Source: an uncultured Candidatus Saccharibacteria bacterium (GTDB lineage: Bacteria > Patescibacteriota > Saccharimonadia > Saccharimonadales > 2-12-FULL-41-12). Taken from it: a DNA stretch of 64,000 bases. The notes beneath the pieces were generated by a model, which was not told where the DNA came from, searched no databases, and saw only the letters and a list, made by a program, of their open reading frames with translations. Of this stretch, positions 14,949 to 25,899 are shown piece by piece. Numbering within the stretch: the stretch's first letter is position 1; every line of letters starts with the position of its first letter. Both the position numbers and the translations under genes were made by a program. The stretch is taken from assembly GCA_964573095.1 (NCBI GenBank), contig CAZNIK010000001.1, positions 121,004 through 185,003 on the forward strand, written 5' to 3'.

Positions 14949-15818
14949 ATGGCAAATACAACAGTTCTTAAGCGACGAATACACAGCGTCAAAAATACCA
15001 GGCAAATAACCAAGGCCATGGAGTTAGTTGCTGCGAGCAAAATGCGTCGTGCACAAGAACAAGCCCTCTCTTCTCGGGCATATCGGGAGGCGGCCCACAG
15101 TATTCTTAAAAGACTTGGTGGGGTGAGCGATGTATCCGTGCACCCGTTGTTTAACGCTCGACCGATAAAGAGTCACCTCATCGTTATCGTGACAAGCGAT
15201 AGAGGTTTGGCTGGAGCGTATAACAGCAATGTTATTAAGGAACTGCTTCGTGTGGTGCAGCAAAACCAAGACAACAAAGTCCAAACGGAGATAATCGCAA
15301 TTGGTCGCATTGGCTCTCAGTTTGTAGCTCGGATTGATGGAGTGGAGCTGCTTTCGGCGTATTCCATGTTTTCTGGTCAGCCGCACGGTTCAGAGGTCCG
15401 GCCAATCGTGAAGAGCATACTCGACTATTATGTCGCCAAGAAAGTTGATTCGGTGTCTATCCTCTACACAAGTTTTGTGTCTAATTTGACCCAGCAAGTT
15501 CAAAAAACTGACATTCTTCCCACCAAACTAGACGGTGAAAATGAGGTGTCAAAACTGGAGGTGGCAATCTTTGAGCCTTCGATCGAGGATATTGTTGAGA
15601 GTACGGTTTCTAGACTTATCGAGGTGCAAATATGGCAAGCAATATTGGAAAGTCTTGCCAGTGAGCACTCTATGCGGATGTTGGCTATGAAAAACGCAAC
15701 CGACAATGCCGGCGATATTATTGACGATCTCACACTCGAATTCAATACGGCTCGCCAAGCGGCTATTACTCAAGAAATTGCCGAAATTGTCGGCGGTGCG
15801 GAGGCCGTAAAGTCATGA
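14949..15818 (+). CDS. atpG: F0F1 ATP synthase subunit gamma
   Basis: 289 aa. The N-terminal RRIHSVKNTRQITKAMELVAASKMRRAQ and the C-terminal NTARQAAITQEIAEIVGGAEA are gamma signatures. Confidence 0.95.
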   Translation: MANTTVLKRRIHSVKNTRQITKAMELVAASKMRRAQEQALSSRAYREAAHSILKRLGGVSDVSVHPLFNARPIKSHLIVIVTSDRGLAGAYNSNVIKELLRVVQQNQDNKVQTEIIAIGRIGSQFVARIDGVELLSAYSMFSGQPHGSEVRPIVKSILDYYVAKKVDSVSILYTSFVSNLTQQVQKTDILPTKLDGENEVSKLEVAIFEPSIEDIVESTVSRLIEVQIWQAILESLASEHSMRMLAMKNATDNAGDIIDDLTLEFNTARQAAITQEIAEIVGGAEAVKS

Positions 15819-16282
15819 TACAGCACGAAAATCTAACCATTGCCCCCACCGAGAAGAGCTTTGAGTTTGCGGTGCAGGCCTTTGTCGCGCTGAGTGACTA
15901 CTCGAGTGGCCCTTCAAAAATAAGTATTGTGCGTTTTAGTAATGATGAGAATGAATACCTTACACGACTCGAGGCACTAGACAATCCTGCAATCTTGCTT
16001 GTTGATCGACCGTACAAGCCGACTGCCAAATATATCGCCAAGCAAACATTGGAAATTGCTCGAACGGTTTTGGAGCTGAGGCAGGCTGGTAATGAGGCTT
16101 ATCATAGCGTAATTATGCCAAGAGACGCCGAATCATATCATTTTCGGGATGCTGCAGAAAAAAGCCTTTTTGGTGAACTTGGAGCCATGAGCATGCAAGA
16201 TGTGTACGGACTGAGCTCGCGCGAGCTATTTCGTATTGACGAACCGCTGGTCCACATGAGGGCACACGCACTCGCAGCCTAA
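15815..16282 (+). CDS. hypothetical protein embedded in the ATP synthase operon
   Basis: 155-aa ORF. Its ATG (15815) overlaps the atpG stop (ATGA, 15815-18). It ends 36 nt before atpD. No family recognised. Confidence 0.6.
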   Translation: MIQHENLTIAPTEKSFEFAVQAFVALSDYSSGPSKISIVRFSNDENEYLTRLEALDNPAILLVDRPYKPTAKYIAKQTLEIARTVLELRQAGNEAYHSVIMPRDAESYHFRDAAEKSLFGELGAMSMQDVYGLSSRELFRIDEPLVHMRAHALAA

Positions 16283-16303
16283 GTAATTTATCTGGAAAAA
16301 TAA

Positions 16304-17704
<1,401 letters not shown>

Positions 17705-17710
17705 ACTGAT

Positions 17711-18142
17711 ATGCACCTCAACTTCATTACCCTATCCGGTCAGCTTGTAAATCAAGATGTATACGAAGTTATTGTGCCGACAATTGCTGGCGATATAGCA
17801 ATTAACGATGGACACGCTCCCCTGCTTGGTTCGGTTTCACCCGGAATTATGAGCGTGCGACAAAACAGAGGTGATAAGGACGACAGTCGCGTAGAGTACG
17901 GTGTTTATGAAGGCACAGTCGAGGTGCTAGACAACACTGTCCATGTTTTAGTGGACGACGTTGATCAGCCAGGTGACGTGAGCGAAACGGAAGCCCAAGC
18001 CGCATACGACAGAGCTCAAAAGCTTATCGATAACGCCAAAGACGCCGTTTCACTCTCTGAAGCCCAAGCAGTCATGGATCGTCAAGCTGTTCGCCTCAAA
18101 CTCGCCACCATCAAGAAGCGAACCAAGAAAAATCGATATTAG
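17711..18142 (+). CDS. atpC: F0F1 ATP synthase subunit epsilon
   Basis: 143 aa. An N-terminal beta-sandwich pattern (VPTIAGDIAINDGHAPLL) plus a C-terminal helical hairpin; last gene of the operon. Confidence 0.85.
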   Translation: MHLNFITLSGQLVNQDVYEVIVPTIAGDIAINDGHAPLLGSVSPGIMSVRQNRGDKDDSRVEYGVYEGTVEVLDNTVHVLVDDVDQPGDVSETEAQAAYDRAQKLIDNAKDAVSLSEAQAVMDRQAVRLKLATIKKRTKKNRY

Positions 18143-18334
18143 TCTTCGGTCGCAAAATAGGCTGTCAATAATCTAAGGACTTGGCTTTGTCGTGTGCGGC
18201 TGTATTGCAAAATTACGACGACAGGTGTATAGTTTTTCTTTGTTAATTAATTTTTAGACACATAAATTCGCTTTTCAAAAAACAGAGTTTATCTAAGATA
18301 GCTTTGACAGCGACTAGTAGCTATACGAAAGCCA

Positions 18335-19405
18335 ATGTACGGAGAAAAATACCCCATGCCAAAAGACGCCATCCAACAAGACACTCTTATCTTACAAGAG
18401 GTCGATGGCGGATATGTTGAGGTTGCCATGCGCGAATTGCAAGAAATGTCGAGAGAGCAGGGACAGATTTCTGTACTTGCTCCACTTTCGGCTCTGGCTC
18501 CCCACGCGATTTGGGATGGAAATATCTCTCGCGACAAAAGAGTACAAAGTGGCGAAGTCTCAAGTGCTGAACTTCATGACTTTAAGTTAAATATTCTGCC
18601 TGGTTTTTATGTAAGTACCACGCCTGGTGCGCCTATTCGCTGTGTTGACGGGAGAGCTCTCGTTGGATCGGATGATGAGGCCGAGATGCTTTTTCGGCCT
18701 TTAGGGCCACAGCTTGCGGGGGGAAGTCCTGGTGTTGCTGCTGCTTTGAGATTGACCCTAGGGGGAATGCAAGAGCTTAAAGAAGATGGAATTACGATTT
18801 TGCACGATGTTCGTCGCGCAAATCGGCTGTGCAGTTCGGCTGGATTTGGGCCAGGAGCACATACTGATTATAAAAACGCTCGCCTTGAGAACAATAAAAC
18901 GGGCTGCGGGGCAATCGATAGTTTGGATATGCAACTAAAGCGATTTAAAGAACCGTATGTCCAAGGCGTCATTGAGCTCACAAAAGCCATACTGCAAGAC
19001 GAATACTCGGAAGATGTGATGCAGGAAGTGGTACAGAATGCCCGAGCCCTAAGCGAAACAGATGGTAGCTACACGGGAAACAGACATAAAGCCCTCGAAG
19101 TCGTTAAGGATAATAATCCGGGCGCCGTTGAGACCCTTGGAAACGAGCACCGAGAGTTTGTTGTCGTATTAAACTACGTTTCGGGCACTACCCTTCATAG
19201 GGATTTGCTGGTGTATGCAACCGACGACAAACTACAAGCGTTTGGCGTAGATATATGGGCAATCAAGTTACTGGCGGATGAAGTTTCGGATGATCCACGC
19301 ACACGCTCGCAGTTCTTGCACTCAAAAATAGCACTCGATGCCGCTACTCTAATGGGGCTAACTGACGGCACGCCAAAGGCGCTACTACGAAAACCAGTGG
19401 CTTAA
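18335..19405 (+). CDS. hypothetical protein with a C-x-D-x-R / H...GCG motif pair
   Basis: 356-aa ORF (alternative start at MPKDAIQ). It contains IRCVDGR and, about 80 residues later, GAHTDYKNARLENNKTGCGAID. No family confidently recognised. Confidence 0.55.
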   Translation: MYGEKYPMPKDAIQQDTLILQEVDGGYVEVAMRELQEMSREQGQISVLAPLSALAPHAIWDGNISRDKRVQSGEVSSAELHDFKLNILPGFYVSTTPGAPIRCVDGRALVGSDDEAEMLFRPLGPQLAGGSPGVAAALRLTLGGMQELKEDGITILHDVRRANRLCSSAGFGPGAHTDYKNARLENNKTGCGAIDSLDMQLKRFKEPYVQGVIELTKAILQDEYSEDVMQEVVQNARALSETDGSYTGNRHKALEVVKDNNPGAVETLGNEHREFVVVLNYVSGTTLHRDLLVYATDDKLQAFGVDIWAIKLLADEVSDDPRTRSQFLHSKIALDAATLMGLTDGTPKALLRKPVA

Positions 19406-19475
19406 CAAGGCTCAAGTTGTGATTTTTAGTTAGGATTGTTACCCTATGGCTAGATAGCAACAATAAGGAGGGGTT

Positions 19476-20111
19476 TTGGCCATGGTAGATAAGATAACTA
19501 CGCAAAAGGCGGTCGCTGAGTTTTTGGGTACTGCGACATTATCAGCAGTTGTGCTTAGTGTGCTTGCAAGAACGACATTTCCGTTTTTTGTGGCACTTGG
19601 CGCAGGACTAAGCGTTGGATTAATGACGGTGGTCATTGGAAAAATATCCGGTGCACACGTGAACCCGGCAATTACGCTTGGGTTTTTAAGTAAAAAAATG
19701 ATTGAAGTGACAGACGCGATTATGTATATCGCCATGCAGTTACTCGGAGCATTCCTTGCGCTGGGTCTCTATCAGTATCTTAGTGACCGAGTAATTGCAA
19801 AGTCATACGACGATTTCGACTGGAGGACGCTTATTGCTGAGGCGGCTGGGGCGTTTGTGTTCGGCCTGGGGGTTATGGCGGCGGTTCGACAAAAGCTAAA
19901 TCAAGTTGCGCTTGGTTCGGTTATTGGACTATCGTTATTGCTCGGGTTGTTGGTTGCATCCGCAGGATCGAGCGGCATACTTAACCCAGCGGTCGCTCTT
20001 GGATTGAAATCGTTCACACTCGCCTATATTGTCGGTCCAGTTGTTGGTGTAATAGTCGGCATGTTTACGTATGATTATCTGGCTTCTGGGTCGAGCCAAA
20101 AGAAGAAATAG
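19476..20111 (+). CDS. MIP/aquaporin family channel
   Basis: Two NPA boxes (GAHVNPAITLG and GILNPAVALG) and six hydrophobic segments. AAGGAGG lies upstream. Confidence 0.9.
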   Translation: MAMVDKITTQKAVAEFLGTATLSAVVLSVLARTTFPFFVALGAGLSVGLMTVVIGKISGAHVNPAITLGFLSKKMIEVTDAIMYIAMQLLGAFLALGLYQYLSDRVIAKSYDDFDWRTLIAEAAGAFVFGLGVMAAVRQKLNQVALGSVIGLSLLLGLLVASAGSSGILNPAVALGLKSFTLAYIVGPVVGVIVGMFTYDYLASGSSQKKK

Positions 20112-20114
20112 CTA

Positions 20115-23100
20115 CTAGTTTTTTAGCAAATCCTCTTGGAACTTGACTATTCCTTGGTAGTCTTTGCTGTAAGCGTCCACCTCTGGAAGGCTGTAGGACA
20201 TAATTGCGCGCCACACCTTTTGAATTAAGGTCTCGAGGTGATCTATCTCCTTGTCCGTTGGCTCGTATTGCTTATACATCGCGTGCTTGGTTTCTGCATC
20301 AAGGTAAATCATCTGACCAACGACCGGCAGGTGTCGATATTTTTTGTACTGAGGACTATGCTTTATCAGTAAGGCATAGTAAATGAGCTGGGTTCTTTGT
20401 TTCCAGGCTCTGATCTGCTGAGTAGCATCCTTGGTTTCGAAGCCCGAAAGCGGGCGGCCGGTTTTATAGTCTGAAACCACTAATTTTTTGCCATCGATAC
20501 TCAACAAGTCAATTTTGCCATTCAGTCTTGCCTCGCCGACCCAAACATCGCGCAATTTTTGCTCCGGGATTACACCCTTCTCGAGCGTGACCAATTTTGA
20601 TCCAAAAAGCTCACGCAGCCGAAGCTCACCAGCTTTTACATACCTTTCGGTTTCCCTTCTTGGGAGGTGCTGCCTATGTATTGATTCGATGTACTGATTG
20701 ATCACTTTTGCAAGATCAAAACCGGTTTGATTTACAAGTTTTTGTGCAAGCTCTAGGGCATCGTGCATGGCGGTTCCGTGAGCGAGGGTTGCGGTCTTGG
20801 GCTCTGGTAGTCGAAGTAAATTACGCTCGTTAAAGTAGTGCGGGCCTCCTTTGCTGACATCAAGAAAATTCAACAAATGCGTCACGCTTAGGCTGTAATT
20901 TTCAAGTCGAGACTGAAGGGCTAGTTTCATGTCTGTCGAACCGAGAGAGGGCCAGCGTATGCTGTCTTCGATAACATCAATAATGTCCGTATCTGGGTTC
21001 GTCATGTCGGTTGGAGCGCATACTGATGCAATTAAACTCGAGGGAAGGGTCTCGTTTCCAGCTTGATCGTGCGTGTAGTAGCAGATAGTAAGGAAGCGCT
21101 TGGCGCGACTGGTTGCGACAAACATAAGACGGGCATAGTCATCCATTTCATCGCCAGGAGGTTGAAGCGGTAAATTGGCTGGCGGTTTCCTTCCCCCAAC
21201 GCGCGGTGTCCAGTTCTTTTCGATCGCGTCAATCACATAAACGCTATCAAACTCGAGTCCTTTGGCTTTGTGTACTGTGAGGAGCGAAACGGCGGTCGAA
21301 CCAGTTACAAACGCCGATTGGTCAGTAACAATTTTATTATTTTCCTTTTCAATTGCTACGAAGCTCATAAAATCCTGAAGGGTTGTTTGCTTTGTTCCGC
21401 TGTACTCATTGGCCATATGCCTTAGGTACGCAATAGCTGACAAACCAGACAGGTAGCCATTGGCGTCTCGCTCATTTCTTGTGTAGTAGTCTCTCAGCGG
21501 GCTCACGCCAGTTTTGAGTTCGCGTAAGCCGAGCACATACTCTAATAGTAGGCTGAGCGGCGAGTCCGCGCTTAGCCGGCTAATGTCTCTTAGCCAGTCT
21601 GCGATCCACTTGTGCGAAGAGTTATCTGATGTTTCGAGGCTGCTTAGCCAATCCGCCTGCCGATAATTTTTAAGTGCAATTTCCCATAATTCTTTAGGAC
21701 TAATGTTCCACATCGGATGCTGAAGTGCATTGGCTATAGCAATATTTACAGCTGCTTTGTCGCCCGCCCGTAGGGCCTCAGTGGCTTTGGAGATCCATAT
21801 CACTTGATTAACCACTGGATGGTCAAGCACATTCCTCTGTTGTTCGTAATGCACAGGCACTGCGAGCATATGTAATCGTGCTGCCAGCTGCCTAAGGCTT
21901 TCATGCCCTCTCGCAATTACGGCCACCGAACTTTTGCCATCAAAGGCCTTCTGTATCTCTTTGGCAACCGATGAAAGCTGATGTTCTCGTGACGGAAATT
22001 CGAGTAGTCGTACTTTTCCTTTGGGAACTTTTGACGTGGCTATTAATTTTTTATGTAAGCTGGGGTCTCTTTTTGTCAGCCGATCTTCGGCCTTGTCGAT
22101 TATTTTTTGGGCCGTATCCAAGATCTCTTGAGTAGATCGATAGTTTTCGACAAGAACAACGGTCTGTGTTTTTGGATACGTACGGCGAAACATCAGCATA
22201 TTGCTGAGCTCGGCCCCATTAAATTTGAATATTGACTGGTCGTCATCGCCGACAGCCATCAAGTTAGGGCTTCCATTGCTCAAGTGGTGGTCTGCAATGA
22301 GATGCGCCAGTCGGAGTTGGGCTGCGTTTGTGTCTTGAAACTCATCAATCATTACGTACATAAATCGTTCTTGTAGATCAGCTCGAATTTCTGGCCGAGC
22401 TTCGATCTGAGAAATAACCTCAACCAACATGTCTGAATAGTCATAGTAGCCACTTTGGTGAAGAGCGGCCCGGTATTGTTCGTACACTTCGGCGAGTGCG
22501 CTCCACCATTCATTTCGTTTTCTTTCTTGGTGCATACCAAGAGTACCGCCTACCGTTTGGACCCATCTTTTTTTCCATTTCCCAGAGTGCAAGGTGGTGC
22601 CCAGTACAGCGTCTTTTTCGACCGCCGAGTCGAGACTTTCTTTTAGCACTGTTGAGAGCGAGACTAAGGGCGCCAGAATGGCGTCGACAGATTGGCTAGG
22701 AAGTCTATTAATTTTGTGTTGCAAGTCCGCTAGTTTTTTATACGATAAGCGATCGCTTAGCGCCTCGACAACAATCGGTTCAACCTCGTCAAGATATGCG
22801 AAGTTGTGTGAGATAATCGCAGCCAGTTTCTGTGGGGTGAGACCAGCCTCTTTTGCTAACTTTAAGCCATTCAATACATCATCTGTGAGGGTGTATGTTC
22901 CCATAAACTTCAGTGCTAAGGGGTTATCTAGAGGTAGACTGGCTAATATGTCTTGCACGATCTCGAGTTGCAGTGCGTCTGGTGCCAGGGATAACTTGGC
23001 ACCGCTCCAGAAATAGTCTGGGTAGGTGTTCATGACTTCACTCGCAAAACTGTGAAAGGTTTTCACGACCACATCACTCGCTGCTTGATTTGTGAGTTCG

Positions 23101-23324
23101 AGGATGCGGCCGCGCATATTGGTGCTTGCTTTGTTGGTAAATGTCAGACACAAGATGCCACTGGCGTCGGTGTCAGTGCGGTGAAGGATGTTCGCAACCC
23201 GCATTGCCAGTAACTGCGTTTTCCCTGTACCTGGACCTGCAACAACTAAAAGTGGGCCGTCGATAGCATCGACCGCCAACCTTTGCGCCTTATTTAGGCG
23301 CAACAACTCTTTTTCAAAGCTCAT
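20115..23324 (-). CDS. UvrD/PcrA-type SF1 helicase fused to a C-terminal PD-(D/E)XK (RecB/Cas4-like) nuclease
   Basis: 1069 aa. Walker A AGPGTGKTQ, motif II VMIDEFQDTN and motif VI-like VATSRAK. The C-terminus has GKIDLLSIDGKKLVVSDYKTG and QLIYYALL (D..D/ExK, QxxxY). Confidence 0.8.
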   Translation of the reverse strand: MSFEKELLRLNKAQRLAVDAIDGPLLVVAGPGTGKTQLLAMRVANILHRTDTDASGILCLTFTNKASTNMRGRILELTNQAASDVVVKTFHSFASEVMNTYPDYFWSGAKLSLAPDALQLEIVQDILASLPLDNPLALKFMGTYTLTDDVLNGLKLAKEAGLTPQKLAAIISHNFAYLDEVEPIVVEALSDRLSYKKLADLQHKINRLPSQSVDAILAPLVSLSTVLKESLDSAVEKDAVLGTTLHSGKWKKRWVQTVGGTLGMHQERKRNEWWSALAEVYEQYRAALHQSGYYDYSDMLVEVISQIEARPEIRADLQERFMYVMIDEFQDTNAAQLRLAHLIADHHLSNGSPNLMAVGDDDQSIFKFNGAELSNMLMFRRTYPKTQTVVLVENYRSTQEILDTAQKIIDKAEDRLTKRDPSLHKKLIATSKVPKGKVRLLEFPSREHQLSSVAKEIQKAFDGKSSVAVIARGHESLRQLAARLHMLAVPVHYEQQRNVLDHPVVNQVIWISKATEALRAGDKAAVNIAIANALQHPMWNISPKELWEIALKNYRQADWLSSLETSDNSSHKWIADWLRDISRLSADSPLSLLLEYVLGLRELKTGVSPLRDYYTRNERDANGYLSGLSAIAYLRHMANEYSGTKQTTLQDFMSFVAIEKENNKIVTDQSAFVTGSTAVSLLTVHKAKGLEFDSVYVIDAIEKNWTPRVGGRKPPANLPLQPPGDEMDDYARLMFVATSRAKRFLTICYYTHDQAGNETLPSSLIASVCAPTDMTNPDTDIIDVIEDSIRWPSLGSTDMKLALQSRLENYSLSVTHLLNFLDVSKGGPHYFNERNLLRLPEPKTATLAHGTAMHDALELAQKLVNQTGFDLAKVINQYIESIHRQHLPRRETERYVKAGELRLRELFGSKLVTLEKGVIPEQKLRDVWVGEARLNGKIDLLSIDGKKLVVSDYKTGRPLSGFETKDATQQIRAWKQRTQLIYYALLIKHSPQYKKYRHLPVVGQMIYLDAETKHAMYKQYEPTDKEIDHLETLIQKVWRAIMSYSLPEVDAYSKDYQGIVKFQEDLLKN

Positions 23325-23360
23325 GTATGACTTTATTTTACTCTCGAAGCCGAGGTAGTC

Positions 23361-24614
23361 CTAGACCATTGATAATTCTTCAGTGCTAAGATGTTTTTTT
23401 GCCAAATCGACAAAGACACCGTTTGTCCAGCCAAACCCTAGTTGCGGGGGGTACACGCCAGCTTTGGGCTCTTTATCGTGATCAACTACGTTATAGGCCT
23501 CTCTAAAAACACCATGGCGTTCGTAGTAGCGTAGGTTTGTTTCTAGCCATTTGCGTACAATTGCGTTTGCCTCGGATGTAAACCCGTATTTTTGCAGTCC
23601 CTCAATAACGATCCAGTGAAGCGGTGCCCATCCATTCGGATAGGCCCACTGGTGAGGAACGTCGCTGTGTGGCAGTTCATTTGGTCTTGCGGTGGCTGTA
23701 AGTCCACCTAAATTGGTAAACTTATCAAGGTGAGCTGCGATCTGTTTCGCCTCTTGTGGGTTTGCAAGCTTTGTCCATAATGTGTAATAACCGGCAAGCG
23801 ACCAAATTTTCGACTTCTTCCCGTTGGTATAGTCGAGGTCAAAAAAGAAACCCTTCTCTTGATCCCAAAGCTCAGCTCGAACAGTGCGAGCGCGCTTGGC
23901 GGCCCTTCCCTTCCATATCACGACTGCCTCAGCGTCCTCAAATATTTCGTAGGCTCTTACAAAATCGGTTTCGTATTTGTAGAGTAAGCAGTTAAGGTCA
24001 ATTGGAATGTAGGATAAGCATCGTCTGTTAAAGCGGGTTGTCATGTCCCAGCCACTCTCAGCCTCAGCCAGGTCGTCGAGAACGTTTATGTCGTAGTAGC
24101 GACTGAGTCCTTTGTAGACTTGTCTCCAGTTTGGCTGTGAATCACCGAGCCAAATGGCGTGATACTCATTTTCTGCAACCCAAATATGCTCTTTTAGCCA
24201 GGCTTTACTCTTGTTTAGTTTTTCGTAAATGTCAAAGATTAAACTTGTCAAAAAAGGTGGCTGTGAACGGCTCGTAAAATAGTACCTACTGCCGTTTGGG
24301 ATCATGTGAAATCGCTTGGCCATGAATATCATGTTATCGAGCATACCCTCGGCGAGTTCGTATTGATCGGTCGCAAGCAGACCTTGAATAATAAAGTAAC
24401 TGTCCCAGTAATACATCTCATTGAACGCAAAACCAGATTCTGGGTCGTTGCTGGGGACAACGTACGGATATGGCAGTCCGATAAGTGTCGCCTCGTCAGC
24501 TGGCTTGTCGACAGTGAGGTCCGCCCATTTTTGTTCAATATGAGCAAACGCGTTGGCAACCCTTAGCGGTTCAAATGTAATAGATGGTTTGGTGTAGGTG
24601 TTTGTTTTGCCCAT
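23361..24614 (-). CDS. alpha,alpha-trehalase (GH37), cytoplasmic type
   Basis: FNEMYYWDSYFIIQGLL, RSQPPFL, ESGWDMTTRF and QWAYPNGWAPLHW match the trehalase signatures. No signal peptide. Confidence 0.9.
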   Translation of the reverse strand: MGKTNTYTKPSITFEPLRVANAFAHIEQKWADLTVDKPADEATLIGLPYPYVVPSNDPESGFAFNEMYYWDSYFIIQGLLATDQYELAEGMLDNMIFMAKRFHMIPNGSRYYFTSRSQPPFLTSLIFDIYEKLNKSKAWLKEHIWVAENEYHAIWLGDSQPNWRQVYKGLSRYYDINVLDDLAEAESGWDMTTRFNRRCLSYIPIDLNCLLYKYETDFVRAYEIFEDAEAVVIWKGRAAKRARTVRAELWDQEKGFFFDLDYTNGKKSKIWSLAGYYTLWTKLANPQEAKQIAAHLDKFTNLGGLTATARPNELPHSDVPHQWAYPNGWAPLHWIVIEGLQKYGFTSEANAIVRKWLETNLRYYERHGVFREAYNVVDHDKEPKAGVYPPQLGFGWTNGVFVDLAKKHLSTEELSMV

Positions 24615-24753
24615 GACTTACCCTATTGTAAAAACCGAGATGTGCTTTAGTCAAATAGGTTTACATTTGTATCAGTAAGTCGTGATTTTGCAGCCCAACT
24701 AGGCTCTTCGATTGTTCACAATTCGTGCATTGCGATTGTAGAATCCTGGTTTT

Positions 24754-25326
24754 TTGCCATTCATGGTATCTTATATAACTATGAATGCAACAGATGCAGC
24801 CACAGTTGCGCAATCTATTCGTGCTGGTAAAGTTGGAGTGATGCCAACAGATACGGTATACGGCCTGGTAGCTAGCGCACTTAACCCGTCGGCGATCGAA
24901 GAGGTGTATCGGATAAAAAATAGGCCATCAGCCAAACCGTGCGTCGTACTAATAGCTGACGTCAGTCAACTCGATAGTCTTGCAGTCGAACTTGAATATG
25001 AACTGCGTGAAGCGCTCGAAAACGTCTGGCCTGGGCCGAACAGTGTCATTCTTCCCAGCAGTGGGCCGCACTATCTTCATCGAGATACCTGGAGTCTCGC
25101 AGTGCGTTTGCCGGCGCTCGATTGGCTAAACGCAACAGTAGAATTAACTGGACCAATTATTGCAACCAGCGCAAACCCCAGTGGCGTTGTGGCTGTTCAA
25201 GATATGAACTGGATAAGAAAGCAGCTGCCAAATCTTGATTTTTATTACGAAGGCCACGTACAAACTCAACCTTCAACTCTGTACCGATACGATAACGGAA
25301 TTCTTGTTGAAACTCCTCGTCAGTGA
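24754..25326 (+). CDS. tsaC: L-threonylcarbamoyladenylate synthase (TsaC/YrdC domain)
   Basis: GVMPTDTVYGLVASA, KNRPSAKP and IATSANPSG are YrdC-domain motifs. The ORF-track start is TTG; ATG candidates are at 24763 and 24781. Confidence 0.8.
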   Translation: MPFMVSYITMNATDAATVAQSIRAGKVGVMPTDTVYGLVASALNPSAIEEVYRIKNRPSAKPCVVLIADVSQLDSLAVELEYELREALENVWPGPNSVILPSSGPHYLHRDTWSLAVRLPALDWLNATVELTGPIIATSANPSGVVAVQDMNWIRKQLPNLDFYYEGHVQTQPSTLYRYDNGILVETPRQ

Positions 25327-25871
25327 CGATGTTTGGCTTTTATTACGGCCCACTGGATGCTCGCGAGCAAGAATAGTAGCAGACAATAAAACAGCACTTC
25401 GCCGTAGAGTTCCAGCTTATATCCTTCGTTGAAGTAATGCACAAAATAGGCATTTGTGGTCAAAATGTACGCAATAATGCTGAGACCTGCCGTAAGGTAG
25501 ATCGCCCCTTTCCTTACAAGTATGGCCGACGAAATGATCGGGAGCGCGTAGAGGAGAACTGCTTTGCTGGCCATACCTCTCTCTAAATACACATACCAAG
25601 ATGCGAAGGCGATGTCAGTGACAATAAGAAGCCAAAAGAGTTTCTTGAGTCGGCGGCTGTCTTCTCGGGTTCGCGCTTGAAACCAACAAATACCAGCAAC
25701 TGCGGCCAGCACCCCCACTCCCAGCCAGCGTTTTAACACCACATCGGGCGTTATCAGCTTTCCGGCATCGAATATGATTATTTGCAGCGCTAAAACTGCG
25801 GCCAGCAAAAGATGAATCCTTGAAACCCTGGCCAGCGAGGGACCAAATGTATTTGTTTTATGCGCAGGCAT
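25320..25871 (-). CDS. hypothetical polytopic membrane protein
   Basis: 183 aa with about 5 hydrophobic helices. No family recognised. Confidence 0.5.
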   Translation of the reverse strand: MPAHKTNTFGPSLARVSRIHLLLAAVLALQIIIFDAGKLITPDVVLKRWLGVGVLAAVAGICWFQARTREDSRRLKKLFWLLIVTDIAFASWYVYLERGMASKAVLLYALPIISSAILVRKGAIYLTAGLSIIAYILTTNAYFVHYFNEGYKLELYGEVLFYCLLLFLLASIQWAVIKAKHRH

Positions 25872-25899
25872 GTATGGATGTATTAAAACATGAGCATAT

